Shown in pieces: positions 27,555 through 39,212 of a stretch of DNA of 64,000 bases. Source of the stretch: Octopus vulgaris (Eukaryota); the NCBI GenBank assembly GCA_951406725.2, contig OX597815.1, positions 38,998,001 through 39,062,000 on the forward strand, given 5' to 3'. Below the pieces are notes generated by a model, which worked only from the letters and a program-made list of their open reading frames with translations, was not told the origin of the DNA and did no database searches. Numbering within the stretch: position 1 is the first letter of the stretch; every line of letters begins with the position of its first letter. The position numbers and the translations under genes are program-made.

Positions 27555-27932
27555 GGCGACATGGTAAGTAGCTTGCTTACCAACCATATGGTTCCAGGTT
27601 CAGTCCCACTCTGTGGCACCTTGGGCGAGTGTCTTCTACTATAGCCTCGGGCCGACCAAAGACTTGTGAGTGGATTTGGTAGACGGAAATCGAAAGAAGC
27701 CCATCGTATATATGTCTATATGTGTGTTTGTGTGCCTGTGTTTGTCGCCCCCAAGATCGCTTGACAACCGATGCTGGTGTATTTATGTTCCCATAACTTA
27801 GCGGTTCGGCAAAAGAGACTGATTGAATCAGTACTAGGTTTACAAAGAATAAGTCCTGAAGTTGATTTGCGCGACTAAAGACAGTGTTCCAGCATGGCTG
27901 CAGTCACATGACTGAAACAAGTAAAAGAGTAT
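27555..27932 (+). mobile_element. SINE family B, preceded by a mariner-like end fragment (~27425-27550)
   Basis: Homology to the 14302 copy. Confidence 0.85.
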
Positions 27933-28243
27933 AAAATGTAAATAAAAAAAATATATGTAATATCTAACATTCTGACTACCTTATTATTCTAAATATACAA
28001 TATCTGTACATCACTTCAAAAACTCCGCCCCCACCTCTCTCTCTCATGTATATGTATATATAAACATCTAATATCATAAAGAGACATTTTAAAATTATTA
28101 TTACAGAATTTCAAGTGCTGTATTTTATAAGAAATATATAAATGAAAAAGCTATTTGTACATTTTTCCTTTTATTCTTTTTAGCTACATATATATAATAA
28201 TAATATCCAAGTGTGTCGCCGTTGGTTGCAAGCATTGACAAAC

Positions 28244-28415
28244 ATGGAATCTACTGACAACATGGATGGAATCCTTTCATCTTGTATTTCAAAACCACCT
28301 CCTTTACATATCAAGTATGCAAAATATGAAGAGCGTCTAAAATCATTTCTTACTTGGCCCCAAACTGGCAAACCTGATAAAAAGAATTTGGCTGAAGCTG
28401 GTTTCTTCTTTCAAG
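28244..28415 (+). CDS. IAP-family single-BIR protein, coding exon A (N-terminal half of BIR)
   Basis: MESTDNMDG...YAKYEERLKSFLTWP...LAEAGFFFQ(G) shows the BIR RxxSF..WP and LAxAGF motifs. Polypyrimidine tract plus TAG acceptor at 28183, phase-1 donor AG|GTATT at 28415/6. The start codon is inferred, since the frame is open back to the acceptor. Confidence 0.88.
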
Positions 28416-28954
28416 GTATTCTTTTCTTTTTTCATTATGGTGGAACTATCTAGAGTGGTGAGCTAATAGAATCATTAGAGCATCAGAAAAATGCCATTAT
28501 AAGATGGTTGCAGGCTGGCAGAATCATTGGGGTACTTAATAACTTTATTGTGGGTTTTTATTTATAGATTTCAAATCCAGTAGGGTTGAGTTCAGCTTTC
28601 ATTCCACTGAGGGTTATTAAAATAAAGTAATGAGGTAATCAATTAACCCTCTCCTAAAAGTTGTTAGCCTTGTGTCTAAATCAAAAAGCACTTTCAAGAC
28701 CACTTTCAAGACCACTTTCAAGGATTTTAATTGATTATATCAACTCTCATGTTTTCTTGGGTACTTACCAATTTCATAAATAACAGCAGCCTTGGTATAA
28801 AGCTGGCCTTGGTATAAAGAAACATAACTCTAGAGGCAGAACTGAAAACCATAAAGTAGTTTTGCTTGATCCACATATTTTGCATTCCATATTACAAAAC
28901 AATTGTCAAGCAAACATCTTAAAAGAGGCAATTGCTGATCAGAGAAAATAAAAA

Positions 28955-29358
28955 TATGGCACTTGTGCCCCATGCTAGTAGGGCGTTAAGAGTACCATCC
29001 GAGTGTGATTGTTGCCAGAGCGGCTCATTGGCTTCCGTGCCGGTGGCACGTAAAAGCCAGTGACACGTAAAAGGCACCATTCGAGCGTTGCCTTACTGGC
29101 ACTTGTGCCGGTGGCATGTGATAAAACATTCGAGCAAGGTCATTGCCAGTACCGCCTGACTGGCCCCTGTGCCGCTGGCACATAAAAAGCACCCACTATA
29201 CTCTTGGAGTGGTTGGCATTAGGAAGGGCATCCAGCTGTAGAAACTCTGCCAGATCAAGATTGGAGCCTGGTGCAGCCATCTGGTTCGCCAGTACTCAGT
29301 CAAATCGTCCAACCCATGCTAGCATGGAAAGCAGACATTAAACGATGATGATGATGAT
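28955..29358 (+). mobile_element. RTE 3'-end copy with (ATG)n tail
   Basis: Homology to 21740-22095. Confidence 0.85.
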
Positions 29359-30430
29359 TCCAAAAGAGAGAGGCCAATTATTGAGATTGAAGAAACAATA
29401 ACGATTTGAAGGTAAAGTAGGGTAGCCATAAGGAATAGATGCTGAGATATTGAATATATCTTTGGGATGAGCACACATGGTAGTTATTGCCATAATCATT
29501 CAAGGAATGTAGGATGATGTTTCTAAATGATGGAAGGAAAAAATTGGGTGCAGGTATTTGGACACTGACAATTTTGCATGGTTAACTTGGACATTCAGCC
29601 TGTGTTGGTGACAGTATTTTTTTTGGTGCTGGAAACAAACACACACAGCATATGCATCTGCACACTGAAATATGCACATGCAGATCGGGAGAGACTGTGT
29701 GACTTTACAGTTTATTAATTGAACACATCTGACATAAACACTTGCCCTGCACCCATGCATGAATGTATGCACATATACCATTTGCCAGCAGAAGTACCAT
29801 TTTTTTGTTTGTACCTTTTGTGTAGAATTATATTTGCATACTTTTTATTGTAATGCTTATACTTATCAAAAGTTGAATTTTTTCAGGTTTCTATGATGTA
29901 TGGAAGCTTTTGTGACTGTTTATCTATAATTTTTATATGTTTTATTTTATATATTGCCTTGTATCTCTAAATTGATATGCAACACATAAAACAGAAGCAA
30001 TTCTAATAGAAATACGTTTATTTAGCAAAAATTCAGGAGTACATATTCCTTGTTCTGTTGTTTGATGCATTGATGAAAAGATGCCTGCTTAGTTTAACAT
30101 GAACTTGCAACTTAGATCTGACTATCACAGAATCTTGAATATGTTAGTTCAACTATAGTAGCCCTATGGGACTGTGTTTGAGACTAAATCATGTTCATTG
30201 AACAAGGCAGTATCACTAGAAACTGATATTACATATTTAATAGGAAATGAAAACATCTCCCTTGGCACAACTAGCTAGTGTGGTGATATTGATTGCACAG
30301 GACATAAAAGTTTTGTTAGTTTGTCTTGTAATGCTACAGTTTTGATACTTGCTAATTTCTTAGCAACATAATAGGTGCTCCTCCTTTCAGCTACAGATTA
30401 AGAGGTGACATGGGAGTCAGCTGAAGAGAA

Positions 30431-30656
30431 TTAACCCTTTCATTACCAACCCGGCTGAAACCGGCCCTGGATCTGAGTACAAATGTCTTGTTTTCATAAG
30501 TGTTGATTTAAAATCTTCCACCAAACCTTAGTCACAATTTATGTTCCTAACACTAGTTGAATGGTAACTAAATTATTTTACTAAATTCTTTGTCATATTT
30601 AAAGTAATTGAAAGAAAAACAGCATCTCAAAATAAATACAGTAACAAAAGGGTTAA
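30431..30656. mobile_element. TTAA-flanked MITE (second family)
   Basis: TTAA|CCCTTT...AAAGGG|TTAA. Partial relative at ~32224-32370. Confidence 0.8.
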
Positions 30657-31605
30657 GAAATTCTGTTGGATAGTTGACAGCAATGCTAATGTCAATTACA
30701 ATGAGAACTCTCTTGTACCACCTTGATTAGGCTGGTACCTGTCAAATCATGGTGGAGTTCATATCCTACACAATGCTATTTTTATGTGTTAGAATGGAGC
30801 AGTCATAATGCTACTCATCATTTATCATCAGCCTTCCATGACGCCTTCCTACTCATGGTTTCTACAATTCTGTGAGAAGAATTTCAATAGCATTTCTTGA
30901 GAGATACTGAAAATCTATTGTTCCTCTTTTTTTATATATATATATTTTACTTAACAACTTCAGTCTCAATGTCAACTGACTATTTGTTCCCAACTGAAAT
31001 AAAAATTGTGCAAACTGTTCTACTGGGATATAGCTATTAAGTTCAATGTTCATATAAGTAGAAAGATTAAGTATTTCCTCTTATCTCTAAATATAGGTTT
31101 CTCTGAGACATGCTCTCAACTTATTAACAAATGGGATGACTGGTAGAATTTACTTGAAATTATCAGAGCAAAGCATTGATTCCAACCATTATGCTAGTAT
31201 TACCTCCAAGATCTAATAAGGTGTGACTGAGAGCCTGAAATGCAATTTTTTGAGACATTGTGCTCTTGTCTCTTTATATCAGCTTTACCTGCTTTAATAC
31301 CTTGACCTGTCCAAATCCTTTGCTAATATTGTACACTGGACTGTCATTTTATGTAAGATTAAATGACAACTTAAGAGTAGAAAGAATGGACCTGCTATTT
31401 TGGTTTAAAGTTACAGCAATTCTTGATGAGGTCATTACAATGGCATTTTCTGGGTTGTATCTGGATCGACCAGTGAAGATTGGTGAATATTTATTAAGGA
31501 ATGGTGTTAATGTTTCATGACACAAATAAATATCAACATATAAAGATAATAGATATAATTTCTAAAATTGTACCAGGTTCATAATTTCAAGTAACCTTCT
31601 TCCAG

Positions 31606-31742
31606 GCCCTGAGGACCGTACCATATGCTTTCATTGTGATGGAGGATTGAAAAATTGGACTGCAAATGATAATCCAATAATGGAACATTTCAATACTTAC
31701 CCAGATTGTGCATTTATAAAGAAGAAGTTAAAGAAAAGCTAA
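31606..31742 (+). CDS. IAP-family single-BIR protein, coding exon B (zinc-binding half and stop)
   Basis: Acceptor CTTCTTCCAG|GC is phase-matched to exon A. (G)PEDRTICFHCDGGLKNWTANDNPIMEHFNTYPDCAFIKKKLKKS* has exact CX2CX16HX6C spacing. Absent from the ORF track. Confidence 0.92.
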
Positions 31743-31878
31743 ACACTAAAAAGTAAGATTTTTATTATTATTTATCCCCAGATTGTCAATGACTGAGCAG
31801 ACTTATGATCAATGATATTTCTTATCATTCATCTTGTGGTTATCTTAAGACAACATTGTCCAATATATTACTCTTTAT

Positions 31879-32199
31879 TTAACCCTTTGGCATTCAGATT
31901 AATCAGTTATTTCATCATCATCATCGTTTAACGTCCACCTTCCATGCTAGCATGGGTTGGACGATTTGACTGAGTGATCTGGCAGAGTTTCTACAGCTGG
32001 ATGCCCTTCCTAACGCCAATTGACATTGTTTTGAATTAATTATGTATTATCTCATAGTTTTGAGATTTCAATGACGTGATTGTTAATTTTTAGAATGACA
32101 TTGTGGGGTAGCTGTAAAGTGTTGGATCTGGCCAGTTTGAACACAAAACAGGTAGAATATTTGGACCAGATGTGGCTGGTTTAAATGCCAAAGGATTAA
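31879..32199. mobile_element. TTAA MITE with a nested RTE-tail fragment (31912-32020)
   Basis: Reverse complement of the 24281 MITE, interrupted by a (CAT)n-headed RTE tail. Confidence 0.75.
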
Positions 32200-32640
32200 G
32201 ATGATAAGCATGCTTAAAAGAGATTAACCCTCCTGATACCAACTTAGCTGAGATCACTTTTGGTTTTATGATACAAACCTGCATTTTTAAAGTGTTTTCA
32301 ATAAAAACCTTCCATGAAAATGTCATGCTAATTTGTTCCAAACTTTAGCTTAATAATGAAAAAGTTACTTCACTTTAATAATTCCTAAGATATTGTTTTT
32401 AGAATTTTCTTTTAATGAGCTGATTATCTACAGGTCAAAGGGTATCATAACATTCCCAGTACTGAGAACCTGCAAAGAAGTTTACGTTGTGTCTGTTTCA
32501 TAGTGCAACCTTTTCTATAAAAATAGACATGAGGACAAAAGTAGTTTATTATTGTGTGTATGTGTCCCTGTGTGTGTGTGAGTGTTTGTGTGTACGTGTG
32601 TGCATGTGTGTCTAAATATATAGATATATATTACATATAT

Positions 32641-32835
32641 ACGGGTGGCATATAAAAGCACCCACTACACTCTCGGAGTGGTTGGCGTTAGGAAGGGCAT
32701 CCAGCTGTAGAAACTCTGCCAGATCAAGATTGGAGCCTGGTGCAGCCATCTGGTTCGCCAGTCCTCAGTCAAATCGTCCAACCCATGCTAGCATGGAAAG
32801 TGGACGTTAAACGATGATGATAATGATGATGATGA
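32641..32835 (+). mobile_element. RTE 3'-end copy
   Basis: Homology to the 29170-29358 segment; (ATG)n tail. Confidence 0.85.
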
Positions 32836-33179
32836 TATACTATTAAAGTAATAAAGTTAAAGCCTGGTCATAGAGTGACCAATGGTTTCTCGTCCACAAA
32901 GGCAGTAGCTTCGCGACCGACTCATCAGACTCTAGTCCAAAAACAAATTTAACTTTTCACCTCCGGCAGGTAGAAATCTGTTACTGTCATTCGTCATTTG
33001 GTTATCAAGAATAGTCTGGCGTTATAGCAAGGACAGGTTATCTCCCCTAGACCAGCTATATGTGTGCTGGAGAGAACAAAGGATCTATCCCTTGGACAAC
33101 TATTGGATCGTAAGGACTCTTCCAGGCTTTACAATGTGCTTCTTTTTCACATATGATACATAGACGATATATATTGTGT

Positions 33180-33400
33180 AAGGCGGCGAGCTGGCAGAAT
33201 CGATAGCACGTCGGGCGAAATGCTTAGTGGTATTTCGGCTGCCGTAACGTTGTGAGTTCAAATTCCGACGAGGTCGACTTTGCCTTTCATCCTTTTGGGG
33301 TCGATAAATTAAGTACCAGTTATGCACTGGGGTCGATGTAATCGACTTAATACCTATGTTTGTCCCCTCTATGTTTAGCCCCTTGTGGGTAATAAAGAAA
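33180..33400 (+). mobile_element. tRNA-derived SINE family C (Meta-SINE-like core)
   Basis: GAGCTGGCAGAATCG A box, GAGTTCAAATTCC B box, GCCTTTCATCCTTTTGGGGTCGATAAA core. Decayed copies at ~28450-28690, 55225-55420 and 57740-58535. Confidence 0.8.
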
Positions 33401-33532
33401 TAGATAAATATTGTGTGTATATATATTGTGTCCATATATATACAGAGAGAGAGGGAGAAAGAGAGAGAAAATCACGTTTTGAAGAAGTCCTTTTGGCTAT
33501 CAGACTTCACAGAATTTTGTTTTCCGTTTTCT

Positions 33533-33742
33533 TTTATTCTTTTACTTGTTCCAGTCATTTGACTTCGACCATGCTGGAGCACCGCCTTTAGTTGAACAAA
33601 TCAACCCCAAGACTTATTCTTTGTAAGCCTAGTACTTATTCTATTGATCCCTTTTGTCAAACTTCTAAGTTACAGGGATGGAAACACACCAATATCAGTT
33701 ATCAAGCAATGGTAAGGGAACAAACACAGATACACACACATA

Positions 33743-33788
<46 letters not shown>

Positions 33789-33948
33789 CAGGCTTCTCTC
33801 AGATTCCGTCTACCAAATCCACTCACAAGGCTTTGGTCGGCTCAAGGCTATAGTAGAAGACATTTGCCCAAGGCGCCACGCAGTGGGACTGAACCCAGAA
33901 CCATGTGGTTGGGAAGCAAGCTTCTTACCATATAGCCACTCCTGCACC
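33533..33948 (-). mobile_element. SINE family B
   Basis: Homology to the 16553 copy. Confidence 0.85.
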
Positions 33949-34239
33949 TACTATTTTTGAAAATTTTGTTGCACTTCAACAACTTTATGACAGTTCCACT
34001 GTATCTGTTTGAAAAAGTCAGCTTCTGGTCAGATTTCATTTGCTCTCAGAAGTTTCTTTTCCATTTGTTTTGTTTTTTTAATTACATTCCTCCTTAAGTA
34101 TGAAAGTGGTTCCTGCCTTTTACATATTACTTTCATATATAATATATGAATGTTTCTTTTACATTTTCAGTTTGTAACTCTGTTATGTGTATGTGGCCTT
34201 CCTCTTTTTGAGGGTTGGACTAGTGGATCTCTATTTTGT

Positions 34240-34505
34240 GGCTGAAGCATGGAACAGACTGCCGGTATCAGTTGTTAGTTGTCGGAGCACTGCATCCTTC
34301 AAAACTTCCATGCTTCCTGAGATTCGCCAACACTACACCTGATTTTCTCCCCTCCATGCACATGCAAGCATGTATCTGACTCATACACTGTTCGCTTTCC
34401 AGACATTTGTACATTACTGCATATACTTTATGCGCACTTTTTGACAAGTTGTGGTGCACCTGAGCACTGTATACAATAATTTCATTATTATTTTCATTAT
34501 TATTA
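34240..34505 (+). mobile_element. 3' end of a CR1-like LINE with (ATT)n tail
   Basis: AWNRLPVSVV...SFKTSMLPEIRQHYT*. The same tail is inverted at 16295-16370 and 51013-51090. Confidence 0.7.
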
Positions 34506-34877
34506 TTGTTGCTTTCAAATTCAATTCCTCTTCATTTCCCTTCACTTCTTCCCTTCATTTGTTCCTTTCAGTTTATTCTCTGTTATATTTATTATCATTA
34601 TTGTGATTAATATCAGTATTATCATAAGTTGCTGACCAAAGTTCAAAAAGTAGACAGTCACCTAATGAGATCTGATAAAACATAAAAGAGATATATGTTG
34701 TATTTCAAACTGATTATAACTTAACCACTTGCCTGCTTCAAGAGAAATGGGATTAAGAAAACAAACAAAAAGAAAAAGGAATAAAACTGTGATCAGTAAT
34801 AAGATTTCAATAAATGCAATGAAATTATGTGAATGCATACGTAGCAGAAATACAACAAAACATTTTGACACTGTTGT

Positions 34878-35940
34878 GGAATTCAAGACGGGTTGCCCCT
34901 CGGAGCTCCTCTATGCTGATGACCTGGCCCTCATAGCAGAATCACTACCGGAACTAGAAAAGAAATTTCGGGTGTGGAAGCTAGGTTTAGAATCAAAAGG
35001 CCAAGTTAGTAGTGGGGGGTGGATGCTCAGAGAGTGTTACCACTAGAATAAGAATAGCCTGGACAAAGTTTAGAAAGCTCCTACCGCTACTGGTGACAAA
35101 GGGTCTCTCACTCAGAGTGGAAGGTAGATTGTACGACGCATGTGTATTAAATGTATTAATGTTTGGTTTTATGTCAAGTTATAATAAAACAACTTTACAT
35201 CAAACTGAAGGATTACTCAATGCTTTTTACAGAATACATATTTATTATTCTCAAACAAGAATTGTATTGAGAGTGATTTAGATGTTTCAGTTTACTTAGC
35301 TTTCATCAGACTGTGGTATATTTGAATTCACTTTGGCTTTATATAGTCTCTGTTGGGTTAAAATTTCTGTACATTTTCGGTGTTTATTTTACTTGTGCAT
35401 CTTCCACACACAAAAGCTATTTTCCCTGTTAACCTTCCTCTGATGTGTCCATAGCTTACACCAGATACATCTTATGTTGTTTCTACCCATGCCTTTTCTA
35501 CAGATCGAGCAGGGCCATCTACCTGAAGGGATTCGGGATTTTTGTCTGCCATCCTACTTACTAAGACTTTGGTTTTTGCTAGGTTAACTCTAAGGCCCCT
35601 CAATTCTAGACTTTGCTTTAATACCTGAAACTTCTTCTCTAGTTCTGGTAGTGATTCAGCTATAAGAACAAGGCCATCAGCATAGAGGAGTTCTCATGGG
35701 CAGCCTATCTTAAATTCCCCTGTTATTGCCTATGATGAATAAGAGGGGACTGAGGACTGATCCTTAGTGAATCCCTACTTGTACCCTGAATTCTTCACTG
35801 TACTCGTTGCCAACCCTCACCTTACTAGTAGCATCCCTGTAATTGCTTTATACAGCTCTCACCAACCATTCATCTATCCCTAGTTTCCACATAGACCTCT
35901 AGATAAGGGATCGGTCGACCCTGTCAAAGGCTTTCTCCAT
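34878..35940. mobile_element. RTE RT fragments (+ 34878-35145, - 35690-35940)
   Basis: EFKTGCPSELLYADDLALIAE... matches the 19344 ORF. The minus piece matches 20330-20580. Confidence 0.85.
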
Positions 35941-36769
35941 TCCAATATATATAGCAAGTGCATATGTTCCTTATGTGAAGAATATTACTATGGGTGGTGT
36001 ATTTTTTTCCTTTTGTAGAAAGCACTTCACCTCCTGTTGACCCAGTCAAGTACTAGTGAAATTCTCTTTCTGCCCTGCTGGAAGGGCCAAGTGGGGGTAT
36101 TGATGTCTACTTATGACTAAGCACCTAAAAGAATTAGTGAAGCATGGTACATGCAGCCAGGTCATATTTTCTTGCAATTTACAACTAAGGGTTTTCTGGA
36201 TGTTTTTACAGATGTTAATGTATACACACACTCACACATATTTGCTCCCTGCCAAGCCTGCCCCATCACTTTACATCGCTCTATGACAACCATTTCTTCA
36301 TCAGTCACAGTACTCTCTCTCCTGAGTTACCTCTGTTGCTACCCAACACCTTTTACTACCATTTCACTCACCACCCTTACACTTTGGATACCCTCTTGTC
36401 TCTCTTACCTCCTCTGCACCCATATATTGTTTTCTTTTACCTCTCTTCACTGCCTCATTATTTGGGATGCTTTCATGGCATTCACATTGTTCTTCCCCTT
36501 CCTCCAACCGTTATGGTACCTTTCAGTATCTCTTTCCTCTCACTGATCCTCCTACAGTCATCCTCTACTTCGTCGTTTCTCCCTGCCCTCTCCTCACAAC
36601 TTCTCATCTTTCCCAGATATACACCTTCCACACAGTTTTCAGCTATCAAATTCACTTACAAGGTATTGGTTGGCCCATGGCTATAATAGAAGAAGTAAAC
36701 CCAAGATGTTGCACAGTGGGGCTAGAGTGGTTGTAAAGCAATCTTTATAGTGACACTACCAAGCTTGTG

Positions 36770-37192
36770 CATCATCATTGTTTAACGTCCGCTTCCCATG
36801 CTAGCATGGGTTGGACGTATGATTGAGGGCTCACGAACCAGATGGCTGCACCAGGCTTCGATCTTGATCTGGCAGAGTTTCTACAGCTGATTGCCCTTCC
36901 TAACGCCAACCACTCCGAGAGTGTAGTGGGTGCTTTTACGTGCCACTGGCAAGGGGGCCAGTCAGGCCGTACTGGAAACGACCTCGCTCGAATCTTTTTA
37001 CACATGTCACCAGCAAAGGTGCCAGTAAGGCGATGCTGGTAACGGTCACGCTCGAATGGTGCCTTTTATGTGCCACTGGCACAGAAGCCAGTTGGCTGCT
37101 CTGGCAACGATCACGCTCGGATGGTGCTCTTACACCCTACTAGCACGGAGCTCAAGTGCCAGTAAGGCGACACTGGTAACGATCACACTCGA
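36770..37192 (-). mobile_element. RTE 3'-end copy
   Basis: Reverse complement of 28955-29358. Confidence 0.85.
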
Positions 37193-37667
37193 ACACACAC
37201 ACACAACATCATTACAATTACACATCCTTTAACATCTGTCATCCATACTGGAATTGGTTGGATGGTTCAACAGGGTCTGACAAATCAGAGGCATGTCTCA
37301 TGCACCAACGTCTGCTTTGGTATAGTTTCTTCCGCTGAATCCCCTTCCTCATGCTAATAATAACAAAGTTATGTTACTAAATTCTTCGTTGTTTTAAAAG
37401 TTGGAACAAAATGTTGTTAAACAAAAATATACCGGATTTAATGGTGTACTTTTCCCCAAAACAATATCCAGGGTGGAGGGTCACCACAGGGCCTATATTA
37501 CATGCTTTATAGTAGTAAAAACTTTTGTTCCTGAATATGTACTTTTGAAATTAAGACGGTGTTTATGGCCTAACAGACAATAGTAACATAAGGGAAATAA
37601 CTCTTGCCTTTCTATTGTAGATTTAAATAGGATTTATAACGTTGTATAAAATTATATTTAATTTCAG

Positions 37668-38390
37668 AAGAAATGGTATGACCTGTCAAAGTAAGTCTCA
37701 ACAAATTTAGAATTTGTAAGGTTTATGGTAATGCTATATTTTGGGTAAACTACAACTTTGATTAATATATTTTGCGTATATTTTCTCCAAATGAACATGG
37801 TGCAGATTTGTTGAACAAAAGGAAGTATTGTTCATTTCATTCAACCTTCTATATTACTTCTTTGAGATGTGAAATTAAATATTGATTATATAACTGTTTC
37901 AGTTCTTATTATATTTCAGGCCTGTGGTATGATGTAAAATTATCTCAAGAAATCCACATCTGTCTGTGACTTCATATATATATATTTTGCTGCTGCTAAA
38001 AATTGAAAACAAAACCAAACCATGCTGGTACTTATATGATAAAGCTATTTTGCCATATTTGAAATTATAAATAATTATTCCTACACAGACAGTTAAACGA
38101 ACTTTTTAACTTAGAAACATCCATAGTGACAAACTGACCTTTGCAAAGCCTTATAATATTTCAAACTGTATGCAATAGTTGGTTATAACAAACAGGCTGA
38201 ACACTGTGACCCATGTACCAATATCAGAAAGAAAAAATGCACATTTTGAGTGGTTTGTTATCAAGAAGAAGAGCTGTTTGAACTATTTCAGAAATGTTTC
38301 ATCAATGTTTTTGTAATACCTGCATATTTATTTGTACTACACGCATGTTTATTGTTACAGCATTATAATATCTAACATATTTTAAATAAA
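37668..38390 (+). other. Candidate 3'UTR exons of the BIR gene: 23-nt microexon 37668-37690 and terminal exon from 37920 with AATAAA at 38385
   Basis: TTTCAG|...AAA|GTAAGT, then TTTCAG| acceptor, a repeat-free AT-rich tract and AATAAA. An upstream donor AA|GTAAG lies at 31752/3. Confidence 0.4.
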
Positions 38391-38837
38391 CTATATATTA
38401 TATATTAAACAGGCATTTGACTCACACTAAACGCAAAGTGTACACGTTTCAATCTATAGAGACTTAATAGGACTCATTCATAACCCAAGGACTACCTGTG
38501 AGGCAAGGTTATATACACAACACAGAGTATCCTTCTTCTTGACTTTAGTTATGCTGTGGCCAAGCAGGAGCACCACTTCAATGCTTTTTAATCAGTTATA
38601 TTGATCCCAGTTTTTGTTCAGTTTGGTATTTTCATCACTATATCTATTTATCAAAAGCCTAAGTTACTGTTTTTGACAAAATGGTGCAACTTGACACTAA
38701 TAAACGCAGAAAAAAATATATTGTATGTCATCATCATCACCAAAAACTCAATTCACTTCCACTTACCATTCTGGCATTGGTTGGACTGGTCATTTCTGCT
38801 CTCCTAGATGGTTTGGGAGATCATAACTTTTTTTTTT

Positions 38838-39212
38838 TTTTACTCTTTTACTTGTTTCAGTCATTTGACTGTGGCCGTGCTGTAGCACTGCCTTTAGTCG
38901 AGCAAATCGATGCCAGGACTTATTCTTTGGAAGCCTAGTACGTATTCTATCGGTCGCTTTTGCCGAACCACTAAGTTACGGGGACGTAAACACACCAGCA
39001 TCGGTTGTCAAGCAATGTTGGGGGGACAAACATATATATATATATATATTTACATATATATGATGGGCTTCTTTCAGTTTCCGTCTACCAAATCCACTCA
39101 CAAGACTTTGGTCAGCCCGTGGCTATAGTAGAAGACACTTGTCCAAGGTGCTACGCAGTGGGAATGAACCTTGAACCATGTGGTTGGTAAGCAAGCTACT
39201 TACCACACAGCC
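38838..39212 (-). mobile_element. SINE family B
   Basis: Homology to the 16553 copy. Confidence 0.9.

Noticed and set aside
28416-28453. Unspliced ending (ILFFFHYGGTI*) of ORF 28211-28453
   Set aside because: It reads through the donor and lacks the BIR zinc ligands, which are supplied by exon 31606-31742.
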